Origin: Fibrobacteria bacterium
GTDB taxonomy: Bacteria; Fibrobacterota; Fibrobacteria; UBA11236
Direction of reading: 5' to 3'
Length of the DNA: 50,955 nt
NCBI GenBank assembly: GCA_043732185.1
Contig: JAYTHY010000128.1
Span: forward strand, 1 to 50,955
This document shows positions 29,250-41,000 of this stretch, piece by piece. The notes beneath the pieces were generated by a model. It was not told the DNA's origin and did not search any database. It saw only the letters and a program-made list of their open reading frames with translations. The translations under genes and the position numbers were made by a program. Each line of letters opens with the position of its first letter. The stretch's first letter is position 1.

Positions 29250-29867
29250 ATGTTCGGTGGGAAATTAGATAAAATCCGGTGGATGTCACTAGGTGTCAGC
29301 CTTTTCCTGTTGGGAGGTTGTGGATACAATACCTTGCAATCCCAAGATGAGGATGTAAAAGCGTCTTGGTCCGAGGTAGTCAACCAATATCAACGGAGAG
29401 CGGACCTGGTTCCGAACCTGGTCAATACGGTTAAGGGGTATGCGTCCCATGAAAAAGATGTATTGACCCAGGTGACCGAAGCCCGAGCTCGGGTGGGTTC
29501 CATTCAGGCCACTCCTGCCCTAGTAAACGATCAGGAGGCCATGGACAAATTCATACAGGCTCAGAAAAGTATGACGGGTGCGCTTAGCCGCCTGATGGTC
29601 GTGGCGGAAAACTATCCGAATATTAAAGCGGATGCTTCTTTTAGGGATTTGCAGGCGCAACTGGAAGGCACAGAAAATAGAATTACCGTGTCCCGTAACC
29701 GTTATATCGAGTCCATCCGAAATTTCAACATTACCGTTCGATCTTTTCCATCAAATCTGACCGCCAAATTTGGTGGGTTTAAAGTGAAAGCCAATTTTAC
29801 TGTTGAGAACGAAAAAGCCATATCTACGGCACCTACGGTGGATTTCAACGCGCCATCTAAGCCTTAA
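29250..29867 (+). CDS. lemA: LemA family protein
   Basis: GCGYN, NQYQRRADLVPNLV, ENYPNIKA and LEGTENRI motifs. Confidence 0.93.
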   Translation: MFGGKLDKIRWMSLGVSLFLLGGCGYNTLQSQDEDVKASWSEVVNQYQRRADLVPNLVNTVKGYASHEKDVLTQVTEARARVGSIQATPALVNDQEAMDKFIQAQKSMTGALSRLMVVAENYPNIKADASFRDLQAQLEGTENRITVSRNRYIESIRNFNITVRSFPSNLTAKFGGFKVKANFTVENEKAISTAPTVDFNAPSKP

Positions 29868-29973
29868 AACTGGCCAGGCTGGAAATCGATTGACCGACAT
29901 CCGATTTACTAAAATCCCCATTGTGGGCATTGTCCTCACCGGTTCCAGAGTGGTTTGTGCGTCCAGTCTTGGT

Positions 29974-30825
29974 ATGTTCCGTTTTCTGTCCGCCCTCTTT
30001 CTTTTCCTTTGCGGGACAAGCTTCGCCCTAATCCCGGTGCCTGAGCTTTCCGGGCGCGCCATGGACTTAACCGGAACCCTTTCTGCCGGCGACTTGCAAG
30101 GCTTAAACGTCGAACTTTCCGCTTTTGAAGATCAGAAAGGCAGTCAAGTGGTACTGCTTATCGTTCCGACTACAGCACCGGAAGCCATTGAACAATACTC
30201 CATTCGCGTAGTAGACAAGTGGAAGGTGGGGCGTAAAAAAGAAGATGATGGCGTGCTTCTTTTGGTGGCCAAGGATGACCGAGCCATGCGTATAGAGGTT
30301 GGGTACGGGCTAGAGGGCGCGCTAACCGACCTCGTCAGTAAAAGAATCATTTCGGAAATCATCACGCCTCATTTTCAATCCGGGGATTTTTCTGGTGGCA
30401 TTAGTGCGGGTCTGGCAGCCATTTTGAAAGTGGTGCAAGGTGAAAACTTACCGCCTCCGGATCCTGCCCACAGCCGTAAACAAAATGCCGGACGGGGCCG
30501 GGGTATGAGCGGCGGGATGCTGATGGCCGGTTTGCTCGTAATTATGGGCTTGCGATCTATTTTTGGGCGCATGTTTGGCGGTATTTTAGCCGGTGGCTTA
30601 ATCGGAACCGCCGCGACTTTTATGCTAGGCTCGCTGGTTTTTGGAGCGGTGCTAGGTGTCGTGGCCTTGATTTTCGTCCTGCTGAGTGGCGGCGGGGGAG
30701 GCATGGGTAGCGGTTTAGGCCGAGGCGGTATGGGCGGCTGGGGCGGCGGCGGAGGTGGCTTTGGCGGGGGCTTTTCCGGCGGTGGTGGCGGATTCGGTGG
30801 CGGCGGCGCCTCAGGAAAGTGGTAG
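29974..30825 (+). CDS. TPM domain (YgcG-like) membrane protein with Gly-rich tail
   Basis: DDGVLLLVAKDDRAMRIEVGYGLEG and C-terminal GGGGGFGGGGASGKW, in the canonical position after lemA. Confidence 0.9.
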   Translation: MFRFLSALFLFLCGTSFALIPVPELSGRAMDLTGTLSAGDLQGLNVELSAFEDQKGSQVVLLIVPTTAPEAIEQYSIRVVDKWKVGRKKEDDGVLLLVAKDDRAMRIEVGYGLEGALTDLVSKRIISEIITPHFQSGDFSGGISAGLAAILKVVQGENLPPPDPAHSRKQNAGRGRGMSGGMLMAGLLVIMGLRSIFGRMFGGILAGGLIGTAATFMLGSLVFGAVLGVVALIFVLLSGGGGGMGSGLGRGGMGGWGGGGGGFGGGFSGGGGGFGGGGASGKW

Positions 30826-30832
30826 GTTGCTT

Positions 30833-31330
30833 ATGAATTGGAAACGCATGTTCCGCCACTTGTCTATAGGGAGCTACCACGTTCGGAAACTTTTTCCAAA
30901 CGAATCCATGGATCGGATTACCACGGCAGTTGCCCAAGCCGAAACGGGTCATCACGGGGAAATTCGTTTTGTTGTTGAAGGTTCCTTAGATTTTCCCTTG
31001 CTGGTAAAGGGGGTAACGGGGCGGGAACGGGCCGTTACCGTATTCAGTCAGCTGAGGGTTTGGGATACTGAAGGCAATAACGGCGTACTTATTTATCTCT
31101 TAGTAGCCGATAGGGATGTGGAAATTTTGGCTGACCGTGGCATTCACGCAAAGGTGGGAGCTGAAGGCTGGGAAGCCATTTGCAAAGAGATGGAAGGTGA
31201 ATTTCGTTCAGGTCGCTTTGAAGCCGGTGCCATTCGGGGCATCCAGGCTGTGGGCCAGTATTTGCGAACCCATTTTCCGCAATCGGGTGCTGATGAAAAC
31301 GAACTTTCCGATAGGCCGACTATTCTGTAA
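30833..31330 (+). CDS. TPM domain protein
   Basis: GEIRFVVE, NNGVLIYLL, ILADRGI and NELSDRP motifs; third gene of the lemA operon. Confidence 0.9.
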   Translation: MNWKRMFRHLSIGSYHVRKLFPNESMDRITTAVAQAETGHHGEIRFVVEGSLDFPLLVKGVTGRERAVTVFSQLRVWDTEGNNGVLIYLLVADRDVEILADRGIHAKVGAEGWEAICKEMEGEFRSGRFEAGAIRGIQAVGQYLRTHFPQSGADENELSDRPTIL

Positions 31331-31357
31331 GGCTTTTCCCGCATCACGACAATCACA

Positions 31358-31389
31358 ATAAAAAAGGCCGCTCCCTTTCAGGAACGGCC
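31358..31389 (-). terminator. Intrinsic terminator downstream of lipoprotein 31412-32797
   Basis: Minus strand reads GGCCGTTCCT-GAAA-GGGAGCGGCC followed by TTTTTTA. Confidence 0.8.
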
Positions 31390-31411
31390 CCAGTCCACAG
31401 ACCGGCGCGTG

Positions 31412-32797
31412 TCAGATATTGCCGCCGGAAAGCAGATTGCCGCTCTTTGAGTATTCCACTTTGGCAGTGCCGCCATCAGGACCAGTGTATTCAGCCGAGA
31501 AACCAGTTGGGGAAAAGGAACCATTTAAGCTGGCGGTTTTGCCATTAGCATAGGTGGCCTTGCCGTCAAAAGTGCCGGCCGTCGGTTCCTGCCCATGCAG
31601 TATGGGCTGGGCGGAAATGAAGTTGAATTCCGCCGTGCGTTCAAATCCAAATTTCTTTTCCGACGTAACATGAATGGCGTAACAGGAATTATCGAGTTCG
31701 CTATTCAGATCCTGGCCTGGATTCATGACAATTTCAACGACGGCGTGTTTTAGTGTGTCATTGGCATTCGCAACTGTAGTTTCCATTCGCACGGTCATGG
31801 TATCACCTTTGACGAATTCCGTTCCACCGGCGCGGTTCTTTATCGTGACGGAATTGATACGGCCGGAGATCATTTCTTCTTCATAGGCAAACGTGACAGG
31901 TTCATTGCCACCTATGGCTTTGGGGAACACGCGCACGCGGGCTTCAAAGGTAGCCTTCTTTACCAAGGGACGATCTTTGGGGTACATTTCAGAATACTTG
32001 GCCAGGACAACGCAAGTGTCGGAATTATCGGTAACTACTCCATCACCATCGCCATCCAAATAGGCCCCTTGACTGACAACTATGCCACCCTTGGTTTTGG
32101 TCCAGACGGCTTCAAGCACTGTATTGTCGGCTTCCAAGTCAAAATTGGCGTCTGGCCCAGCACCCACAAGGAGCGTGGTTTTCTCGACCACTCCAGCATC
32201 TAAAACGGTCAAATTGATTCGTGCGCGATTGTCTTTACCAGGCGCTGGAGTGACGATTCCGTCACCGTCGCCATCCTTAAACTCGCTGGTTTCCACTTTC
32301 CCACCAATGTAAGTCGAAATGCGTTTCCAGGAAATGGCATGTTCATTATTGGGCGTGCTGTCTTTAGCATTCGCGTCCCATTTGATAACTGCCGTGTCTT
32401 TAGTGACGGCAAATACGGAATGCGATTCGGAATAAAAAATCAAGATGCCACCTTTGGAGGCCGCCGTGTCGGTAAAAATTGCGCCGGAGGTATCGGCTCC
32501 GTTACTGATACTGATACTGGAAAGTTTGGGGAGTGATGCTTGTTTCTTGAGACCGCCCAACTTGGTAGACACATCGCTTAACGGCTGAAGAGTGACAGGT
32601 GCGGTCATGGTATTGCTCCAGCCCTTGTTCTGATCAAAGCTTTCGGCCATGGTCACGCCGGCGACTCTAGCATCGACTTTCGCATTTGCAAAGGGGTCCA
32701 AGGCTTGCTCGTCGGATGAGTTGACGCAGGCCCCAAGAAAAAGGGCGGCGCTTGTCAGCGCGATGCCGGCAAAATAGGTAGAGGATGAGTGCTTCAT
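31412..32797 (-). CDS. Uncharacterised lipoprotein with DxDxDG motifs (paralog of 47293-48669)
   Basis: MKH...LFLGAC lipobox, two DGDGDG motifs and beta-rich sequence. An AAAGGA RBS precedes ATG 32797. Confidence 0.82.
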   Translation of the reverse strand: MKHSSSTYFAGIALTSAALFLGACVNSSDEQALDPFANAKVDARVAGVTMAESFDQNKGWSNTMTAPVTLQPLSDVSTKLGGLKKQASLPKLSSISISNGADTSGAIFTDTAASKGGILIFYSESHSVFAVTKDTAVIKWDANAKDSTPNNEHAISWKRISTYIGGKVETSEFKDGDGDGIVTPAPGKDNRARINLTVLDAGVVEKTTLLVGAGPDANFDLEADNTVLEAVWTKTKGGIVVSQGAYLDGDGDGVVTDNSDTCVVLAKYSEMYPKDRPLVKKATFEARVRVFPKAIGGNEPVTFAYEEEMISGRINSVTIKNRAGGTEFVKGDTMTVRMETTVANANDTLKHAVVEIVMNPGQDLNSELDNSCYAIHVTSEKKFGFERTAEFNFISAQPILHGQEPTAGTFDGKATYANGKTASLNGSFSPTGFSAEYTGPDGGTAKVEYSKSGNLLSGGNI

Positions 32798-32845
32798 AAG
32801 AAGTCCTTTCATACGGGTTTGGGAGAGTTGGTCTGACATGTTTCC

Positions 32846-32902
32846 AATATACCACGATTTGAGAGGGTGTGTAAAGTAAAAATAGAATATAGATTACAAA
32901 AA
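32846..32902 (-). promoter_or_regulatory. Putative sigma70-like promoter plus conserved upstream element
   Basis: Minus strand TTTACA-N18-TATATT. The 30-bp element at 32873-32902 matches 49620-49649 at 25/30 positions. Confidence 0.5.
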
Positions 32903-33116
32903 ATCGTCTATAAATGCCTTAAAAAGGCCAAATAAAGCATTTAATCGAAATATTAGAGAGCTTGAATTATTTAAAGACGATTACATTATTGAAATGTAAT
33001 AGCTGGAATTGGCGATATAAGCACACACTCTAGCTGAAAGGAGGCCGCTCCAAAACGGATGGCAGCGGCGGGTTATGAAGGCAATGTGGGCTGTAAGTGT
33101 TAGGAAAATTGCTGGA

Positions 33117-33533
33117 TCAAGTGACGATTCGTTGAATTTCCAGTACCGGTGGATCCGACAGAAAGACCATTCTCAGATTTTTTCCATCTGGGACATGGCG
33201 TTGCAAGAGGCCAAGAATATTCGATTTGTAATGGACTTTGATATCATCGGAGAAATTCGCGACATCCACGGATTCCAATATTTCCACATGCATGGAGTTG
33301 GATTTGGTCTTGGGTTTGGATGCCGACGTGTCATCGTAGCCAGCTGTTTTAAAGCCGCCTGGATCTACCAATTGCCCCTTTTTTCGTAATTGGGCTTTAA
33401 TGTTGTAAAACTGGATGGTTGTCAGTTGTGAAATTTTTAATGCGGCAGTAAGATCGGCATAATTGGTTTTGGGATGGCTCAGGATATATTTTCGAACCAA
33501 TTTGAGCATTTCCAATTTTTCTGTATTCGGCAT
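33117..33533 (-). CDS. Hypothetical protein, possibly DNA-binding
   Basis: 138-aa ORF with a GAAGGA RBS and a basic helical N-terminal half. No recognised family. Confidence 0.7.
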   Translation of the reverse strand: MPNTEKLEMLKLVRKYILSHPKTNYADLTAALKISQLTTIQFYNIKAQLRKKGQLVDPGGFKTAGYDDTSASKPKTKSNSMHVEILESVDVANFSDDIKVHYKSNILGLLQRHVPDGKNLRMVFLSDPPVLEIQRIVT

Positions 33534-33591
33534 TAAATTATTCCTTCATTAGATAGGGCAGCGATGTGTTCAGAGTGAGAACTAATATACT

Positions 33592-35295
33592 CTAAGGTGA
33601 AGTTACAAAATGACTTTCCCGCCCGGTATCCAGGTATCGCATCTGAATCAAGTGAATGCCAGTAGACGTTCCGTGCCAATTCCAAACATATTCTCCTGTC
33701 GCAGGAGGCTCAACCACCTTTGATTCCAATAATGCACCCGTCAAGGAGCGGAGCTGGAGTAAGACTTTTTCCCCACCCACTGCGTAATAATGAAAGCCGC
33801 CGTTAGAAATAGAAGGGGTGCCGCTGGATTTTTGCGGATAGTTGATGCCGCGTAGGGGTACCGTGCGAGTGTACACCAGAGTGGAGATGGATTGTGCGGG
33901 CAGTAAGGTACTGTAGGCTTGTCCTGCTGCAATGATTTTTGTTTCGATAAGTACAACATTTGAATCTGCAGCTTTGGTAGTTTGAAAACGTTGCATGGAT
34001 CCGTAGGGTGTGTATCCGGGCAGAGTAACGGAAAGTGGTGCGGCAGAGATTCCATTATTATAGACAACCACGATAACTTCATCCTTTAAGGGATCATAAA
34101 AAGCTAAGGGATGTACGCTCGATTCGCCGTCGGTTGTAGAACGTATTCGGAAGCTACCGGGTCTTACAAACCGCGTATAGTGGGAGAGGGCGTGAAAGCG
34201 TTTAGGAAAGAAAAAGGTTTGATCGGCTTTTAGGATGGTCAATCCGTTGAAAGAGTTGTGCATGCCTGCAGCTCCAAGAGCTGAATTTCCGCAGCCTTTG
34301 TTGGGATTATGCGTCCACCAGAACAACCATGCACTGGCATTAGCCCTGGAAAAATCCTTATAGAGGTAATTTACCATCTCTAGGCCATCTCGCATATTAA
34401 AGTCCGCCTCAGACATGATTCTTGTCGGGTCTTGTGCTACGAGCGGTAAATAACAGGGATCCGTACAGCCCGGCAAACAATCCACACGTGAATATTCCGT
34501 TTGCCAAATTTTTTTGTTATTGGTTTTAGCCAGTGTCGCCATTTCCACCCGCACCGGATCCATATCGACATCTCGCTCCGCACCCCAGTAATCATGGGTT
34601 CCAATAACGTCCATGGCTTGAATCCCTTGCGGTGTTTCAAACTGGTTCTTGGTGAATTCCCGCGACCCTTCCCAGCCCATGCATTCGGGCCCCAGTAATT
34701 TAACCCGCGTCATTTTGCTGTCAGTCAAAAGTTTCTTCAGCACAACTGAAAAGTCTCGCAGCTCAGATTTGGTACGATAATAGTGAACGGTATATTTATT
34801 ATAGTCCACGGTGAAGGTGGCAAGTTTGGGTCCGTTATCAGGCTCATTTTGAATTCCAATCCAGCCGATATCCACGCCTGCGGTCGCCATATCCGTAATA
34901 AAATTCCCGACATAGGTTGCGAATTCGGTAAACCGACTGGGCAATAGTTTTTGCGAAGCATCCAAAAATTGTGAAGGCACATCCCAGACCGTGGCATAAA
35001 ACTGGGTTACGCCCCTGGCTTTGGCCCATAGGCAAAGATCTATTTGGTTCTGAAAATCCGATTCGGTTTTAGCGACCACACGCATTCGGATGATGGACAT
35101 GTTCGCTCCTTGCGGAGTGAAAAACATGCCAAGCGTTTTTTCTCGTTCAACCTGTGGTAATTTCAAAATTTCGGATCCGCTCCAAGTAATCGAAACGCCA
35201 AAACCATCCACGGATTGAAGGGTATCCTTAGAAACCGAAACGGTATAGGAAAACGCCGAGAGCGCCATTGTTAGAATGAAAGTTAACGCAACCAT
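33592..35295 (-). CDS. Secreted glycoside hydrolase, GH30-like (clan GH-A)
   Basis: Signal peptide, QSVDGFG, IQNEPD (acid/base), HDY, IWQTEYS (nucleophile), HYTRFVRPGS and C-terminal beta-sandwich (LPAQSISTL). Confidence 0.82.
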   Translation of the reverse strand: MVALTFILTMALSAFSYTVSVSKDTLQSVDGFGVSITWSGSEILKLPQVEREKTLGMFFTPQGANMSIIRMRVVAKTESDFQNQIDLCLWAKARGVTQFYATVWDVPSQFLDASQKLLPSRFTEFATYVGNFITDMATAGVDIGWIGIQNEPDNGPKLATFTVDYNKYTVHYYRTKSELRDFSVVLKKLLTDSKMTRVKLLGPECMGWEGSREFTKNQFETPQGIQAMDVIGTHDYWGAERDVDMDPVRVEMATLAKTNNKKIWQTEYSRVDCLPGCTDPCYLPLVAQDPTRIMSEADFNMRDGLEMVNYLYKDFSRANASAWLFWWTHNPNKGCGNSALGAAGMHNSFNGLTILKADQTFFFPKRFHALSHYTRFVRPGSFRIRSTTDGESSVHPLAFYDPLKDEVIVVVYNNGISAAPLSVTLPGYTPYGSMQRFQTTKAADSNVVLIETKIIAAGQAYSTLLPAQSISTLVYTRTVPLRGINYPQKSSGTPSISNGGFHYYAVGGEKVLLQLRSLTGALLESKVVEPPATGEYVWNWHGTSTGIHLIQMRYLDTGRESHFVTSP

Positions 35296-37916
35296 TATGG
35301 CAAAACCTGCTTTTTAACCAGATGTTGTTGTCCAGCGCTTAAGTTGAAAACAAACAGCCCGGGGTTACATGGCTTACCCAATTCCGACTTTTTGTCCCAT
35401 TGAATCGCTCCGTGATTTTCCGTTAGTAGGATATGGCGGATTCTTTGCCCTTGGGAAGTGTAAATGGAAAGGTAAGCCTTGGGCAATCCAGGCTTGATGG
35501 TATAAACTATGCGGACTTGATTGGCCAGGCTCCCTAGCTGCATGTCCAGATCACCCTTCAGAGCGGTTGCCGTTGCGGTTAAAATGCGGGTAGTTGTGAC
35601 ATTAGTAAAAGTCACTCGGGTATCGGTGGCTAAATTGATGGGATTGGTTTCGCTTGCTACGCGAATAGGTGGGGGTGGCAATCCTTTGGTGCTTCGGATG
35701 ACTGCCGATTTCAGAACACCTGCGTCCCATTCGATACTGACTTCAAACCCACCACGGGCCATAAGTCCGGTAACCTTGCCCTTGGGCCATGCGGAAGGTA
35801 AGGCGGGCAGGAGGTGAATGACATCAACCTGAGATTGCACCAACATTTCGGCAACGGCGGCAACCGCACCAAGATTGGCGTCGATTTGAAAGGGCGGATA
35901 AATATTCCAAAGGTTGGAAGAAATACTGGTTTGCAGGATTTTTTTAATCAGTGAATAAGCGCGATTGCCGTCAAAAAGCCTTGCCCATATTGCCGAACGC
36001 CAGGCTTGAGCCCATGCGGCTCCTTCTGCAGCATCTCCTCGGGCATTCATGGATATTTTCGATGCAGCCATATAGTTTAAATTGGTATATGGGTTTATTT
36101 GTCTACCGGGGTAAAGGGCTATCAAATGGGTGAGGTGCCGATGAGTATCGGTTTTGCCATCCAGATCCGCTTTCCATTCTTGTAATTGGCCCCAGCTTCC
36201 AATGCGAAGCCCTGGATCCAATTTGTTTTTGGTGTCTACCAAAGTTTGCCGGAAAGTGGAATCCAGGCCGAGAATTTTACTGGCCTCGATAGTATTGGTT
36301 AAAAGATCCCATGCAATTTCCTGATCGCCGGAACAGCCGACAGTGAATTCCCCATGTTCGGGGGAAAAGGATGGGGAAGAAACCAGACGATTGTTGTCAT
36401 TTTTATCTGGGATAAGATAGGTGGTGAGAAATAAGGCCGTTTCCTTCAGAATCGGATAGGCGAGGTTCCGGAGATAGGTGGTGTCTCGTGTGAAGGCGAA
36501 ATGATCCCATATATTTTGACACATCCAGGCGTGACCGAGCGGAAAATAAAAGGAGGTGGGCCAAGCATGAAATCCTGTGAATCCAAAAATGTTCACCTCG
36601 TTTCCCATGGTCCAGCCTTGTGCCCCAAAATAAAGTGAGGCGGTTTCTCGACCGCGTGGACGATTCATATTTAAAAAGTCGATAAGGGGAAGTGTCGTTT
36701 CACCTAGATGGGTTACATCGGCTCCCCAATAGTTCATCTGTAAGTTGATGTTGATGTGGTAGTCTGCATCCCAACTTGTATTTGGATTTTCATTCCAAAT
36801 GCCTTGTAAATTAACGGGTAATGATCCGGGCCTGGACGAAGCGATCAACATGTACCTGCCATACTGGAAAAACAAAGCCTCGAGCGCCCGGTTGTTTCCG
36901 TTGCTTTTATAGGCGGTAAGTTGGGCATCCGTCCCTATGGTAGCGGGGACTTGATTCAAATCCAGCGTAACGGCCCGAAATAATTTTTGATAATCCGCAA
37001 TGTGGGTAGTTTTCAACAAAGCGTAACCCTTGTTGATGGCGGCATTTATATCGGCGGTAACTTTTACATGAGGGTGAATGCCTTTGTAGGTGGGATGAAC
37101 AGGCAGGTAATCGGTACCCGTCGTCATGATAACGGTGGCTGTGTCTGCATTGGTAACAAGAATGTGGTCGGCATTCGTAGTCAGCGTGCCCGCAGCATTC
37201 AGCACTTTGAATTGCATTTCCAAGGCCATGTTATTATTCGTCAGATTCCCGGAGAGTTGTAATAAGCCATTAATAGTCGTTTTTGTGGTGTTTGTATGCG
37301 GTGTGGTGGTGCTGAATTTTGCTGTGATTTTTCCAGGCTGATTGGCATAGAACCTGGCGACTAAAACCTTGTCCGGATAGGAAACAAAATATTCCCGTGT
37401 ATAGAGAACCCCATTAATTGTGAACGTCACTTTGGCCAAGGCTGAGTCGATATCCAATTCGCGGCGATAGGTTTGGGTAGTGTTGGATGGGTAGGTAAAG
37501 TCAAAGTACAAATCGCCAAAGGGCTGGTAGGATCCGAATCCAACTTTCGACGCTTTAATTCCAGATGCGGCGGCATTCGCGCCTGCAACATTTCCTTGTT
37601 CAAGCAGGGTCCGCATATTCGTAATCACGGAAAGTTTACTTGAGGTGGGGTTGTTTCCCGTATAATTTGTCGTAGAGCCCGGTCCGCCCGTCCAAAGTGT
37701 GTGATCATTGAATTGAATATGTTCCTGAGCCACGCCTCCATAAACCATGCCCCCGATCAAACCGTTGCCAATCGGCAATGCCTGTGTTTCCCAAACGGTT
37801 GCCGGGGTGTTGTACCAAAGAATATAGGGTTGGGCCTGCGTCCATCCGAGCATACAAAGCAGGACGACTGAAAAAATAAATTGAAAAGGGAGTATTTTGC
37901 TTTTTTGAGTTTTCAT
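35295..37916 (-). CDS. Secreted GH95 alpha-L-fucosidase / alpha-L-galactosidase family protein
   Basis: [51 protein letters not shown] and PPFQIDAN motifs. Confidence 0.92.
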   Translation of the reverse strand: MKTQKSKILPFQFIFSVVLLCMLGWTQAQPYILWYNTPATVWETQALPIGNGLIGGMVYGGVAQEHIQFNDHTLWTGGPGSTTNYTGNNPTSSKLSVITNMRTLLEQGNVAGANAAASGIKASKVGFGSYQPFGDLYFDFTYPSNTTQTYRRELDIDSALAKVTFTINGVLYTREYFVSYPDKVLVARFYANQPGKITAKFSTTTPHTNTTKTTINGLLQLSGNLTNNNMALEMQFKVLNAAGTLTTNADHILVTNADTATVIMTTGTDYLPVHPTYKGIHPHVKVTADINAAINKGYALLKTTHIADYQKLFRAVTLDLNQVPATIGTDAQLTAYKSNGNNRALEALFFQYGRYMLIASSRPGSLPVNLQGIWNENPNTSWDADYHININLQMNYWGADVTHLGETTLPLIDFLNMNRPRGRETASLYFGAQGWTMGNEVNIFGFTGFHAWPTSFYFPLGHAWMCQNIWDHFAFTRDTTYLRNLAYPILKETALFLTTYLIPDKNDNNRLVSSPSFSPEHGEFTVGCSGDQEIAWDLLTNTIEASKILGLDSTFRQTLVDTKNKLDPGLRIGSWGQLQEWKADLDGKTDTHRHLTHLIALYPGRQINPYTNLNYMAASKISMNARGDAAEGAAWAQAWRSAIWARLFDGNRAYSLIKKILQTSISSNLWNIYPPFQIDANLGAVAAVAEMLVQSQVDVIHLLPALPSAWPKGKVTGLMARGGFEVSIEWDAGVLKSAVIRSTKGLPPPPIRVASETNPINLATDTRVTFTNVTTTRILTATATALKGDLDMQLGSLANQVRIVYTIKPGLPKAYLSIYTSQGQRIRHILLTENHGAIQWDKKSELGKPCNPGLFVFNLSAGQQHLVKKQVLP

Positions 37917-38047
37917 TATGGCCTATCTTTAGACTGCTTTGGAATTCATTTTTCAGGCTGGTACAACGTAATTTAACTCAAAGAAGGCGAAATAACCTGG
38001 GATCCTTTCCAAGCCGATTTACCTCTGAAATATATCTCGAAACCAAA

Positions 38048-41000
38048 TTAATAACCCTTTGGTAGACTGCTCAAATCGCCGCCGAGTTTTTTATAAGAGC
38101 GAAAGTACTCCTCAGCCTTCTTTTTCTGATAGGCCCGATCCGCCCCAACTCCAGCATAATAATAAGACAGAGCCTCATCAGGGCAGAGGCTCAGGACTGG
38201 ATTATTGTTGGAGGCAATGTCTTGGAAGTTTTCCATTGCTACGAGCACCTTGGAAAATTCCAGTTGCAACTCGCATGATTTGGGATTGCGGACAATTGCT
38301 TCTTTCAAATAATCCCTGGCCCCTTCATTTTGGGATTGGGCCAACATCGCTTCAGCCAAAGCGATAATGCCTTCAGTAAAATCTTCATTGGCTTCTAAAC
38401 TCTTCTGCGCCCACTCTTCCGCTGGCTTGATGCGTCCCAGCTTTAAGCAGAGCATCGAGAGTTTCGCCAATGCAGAAGCAGTCGGATACACCTCGGCGGC
38501 TTGCTCCAGGTACTCGACCGCTTCACCAGGTTTTTTTTCCGCCTCGGAAGCTGCAGCCAAACCTTGTAGTCCCAAGGCTCTATCTGGTTTAGCCAGGCTC
38601 TGACCTAAGGTGAAAAAATAAGTACGGGCTTCTTTGAGCAGGCCATTGGAGAGGAGGAGCATGCCAGCACCGAACGCTGCCGGTGCCAAGTCGGCGCGGA
38701 GTTGTAATACGGCTAAAAATTCTTTTAAAGCCAGCGGGTTATTTTTTTGCTCGGCATGAACCTGCGCGAGAGAAAGTAAAAAGAAAGGATTAGCCGGATT
38801 CTCCTTGACCAGGGATTGCAAAATACGCGCGGCTTTGTCGCTTTCATGCATTGCTAAAAAGGTTTGGCCCAACCGCAATCGGATCTCCGGATCGCTTTGA
38901 AATTGGGAGGTCTCAATTAATTGTTTGGCTTCCAGTGGTTTATTGCGATCGAGATGGGCGTTGGCAAGCCCGCACAGGGCGCGCACGGAGGGTTTCGTTT
39001 TGTAAGCCTCTAAATAGACTGCCAGGGCATTTTCGGATTTACCGGCCAGGCGCAAACCATCCGCATAAACAAGACGTCCATCGGCAGTAAGCCTCCCACG
39101 TACGGGTTCCAGTATTTCGAGCACGGATTCGGCATCCCCGCGTCTTAAATAAACTTCAGCCAGGCCTTGGGTATATTCGATTTTATTTGGGTCGGCTTGT
39201 GCTGCTTGTACATACATCTCTTCAGCCTTATCCAATTGGTCCATATTCATGGCAAGTTCTGCCAGCCAAGCACTGGCCTCGTCATTTTCCGGTTGCAAAA
39301 CCACCAAGTCTTCCAGAGCGTTTTTCGCCCTGTCCAATTCTCCAGCCGCTTTGTGCAGACGCGCTAATCCATGCAGTATATAGGGATTGCGATCACCGAG
39401 TGCATAGGCTGAATCCCATGCCGATAATGCTTCCTTGTTTCGTTTGGCCCCCTCTAATGCTTCTCCATATTGCCCCCAGGTTTCCGGGTCAGTTTTTTTA
39501 ATTTTTAGCACTTGTCTATAGAGGGCTGAAGCGGCATTGAAATCGCTGACCTTGAGTTGGATTTCCGCCAGGGCTAGGCAAGCATCCGCGTTGGCAGAGT
39601 CGAGGTTTACAACATCCGAAAGTGCAGACGACAGTTCGGCCACCAGGTTTAGTGTTCGCGTCATTTCGAGTCGAGATGTAGCCGCTAATTTATCCAAAGG
39701 GTTCAGTTTTAAGGCGCGTTTGTAGTCTTCCAAAGAGGCTCGACTCTCACCACGGGCGGATTGGCAGTCTCCAAACAAGCGCCAGGCTTTGCTGAGAATA
39801 GTATTGGATTCCGGTGATTGATCCATTCCCAGTTTCAATAAATTTTCTGCCGTGACATAATCCCGATTCTCGGCTAGCCACATTCCCACGTAAAGATTAG
39901 CCTTCTGGTGTTTTGGCTCTTTCTGAAGCAGGAGCCCGAATATATCTACTGCGCGGGATATTTCTCCCTGATGGAGGTAGGCTTCGGCCATCACATTCAG
40001 CAAATCTTTAACTTCAATGGCGTAAGCTTGGTCTTTAGGTTTAAGCTCACTGGCACGAATGAATAACTCCAATGCCTTCTCATAATTTTTAATCTGCAAA
40101 AATGTCTTGGCAGCATCAAAGGCAAGTGAGGCGTCTGTAGGCGAGAGCATCATCAAATGCTCCTTTGCGTCAGCGGCTTTAGGCATGTCTTTGACGCGCT
40201 CATAAGCGTCCACTAGCAGTTTCCATGCATGCGTGGAGCCCGGTTCGAGCGTAGACCATTTTTCCAACCAGGCAATCGCTTCGGCGGGCCGACCCAAAGA
40301 CACAGCCAGTTCCGCTCCACTGCGCAAGGCAGCGAAGTCGTTAGGGTCCTTGTCAAGGATCTGTTTATAAAGTGCCAAGGCTTCCGGATCCTTTCCCAAT
40401 GCAGTCGCTAGGGCAATTTGGATAGGAGTCTCACCTGGAAACCCTTTATTACCTATTTTCAAAACTTCAGTTAAATACGGTGACTTGTTCGCATCAGCAT
40501 AAAGCCACGCTTTATCGAAAGCCTGTCTTTGGTTTGATTGGTCAGTGGGTGATCCCGTTGTCGCTGCTTTCATTCGGTAGATTAAATTATTTCGGAAGGC
40601 CTGATTGGCCTGATCCTTCTTATTTTGATAGGCATAGAGTTCCGCTATCATTCCCAATAAATCCGGATCCTTTCGGCATTCTTCGGCCAAAGCTTTCTCA
40701 AACGGGATCATATTAGGCATATCGTACCTACGAAAGAATTCCTTTGCCAGTATCACCCGACCGCGTTGGTAATTGGAATGGAGTTTAACCATTTTTTCTA
40801 GTTCACGTGTGTCTCCAGTAAATTTGAATTTCAGTTCCGCAAGTTGAAGCGTATATTCTACTTCAGGATCCTTCAGCTGCACTAATAATGTTAGGGCATT
40901 TTCAAGTGCAGCCGTATCTTTTTCCCCCTGGGCCAATCGATGCAAGGCTTTTAACGCATTTATATCCTCAGGATGACGAGCCGACCACTGTCCGAAGTTG

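Noticed and set aside
29171..29383. Overlapping N-terminal extensions of livK and lemA in the ORF track
   Set aside because: Signal peptides place the real starts at 29170 and 29250, which removes the overlap.
30685..30825. GGC-rich repeat tract
   Set aside because: This is the ordinary Gly-rich tail of TPM/YgcG proteins.
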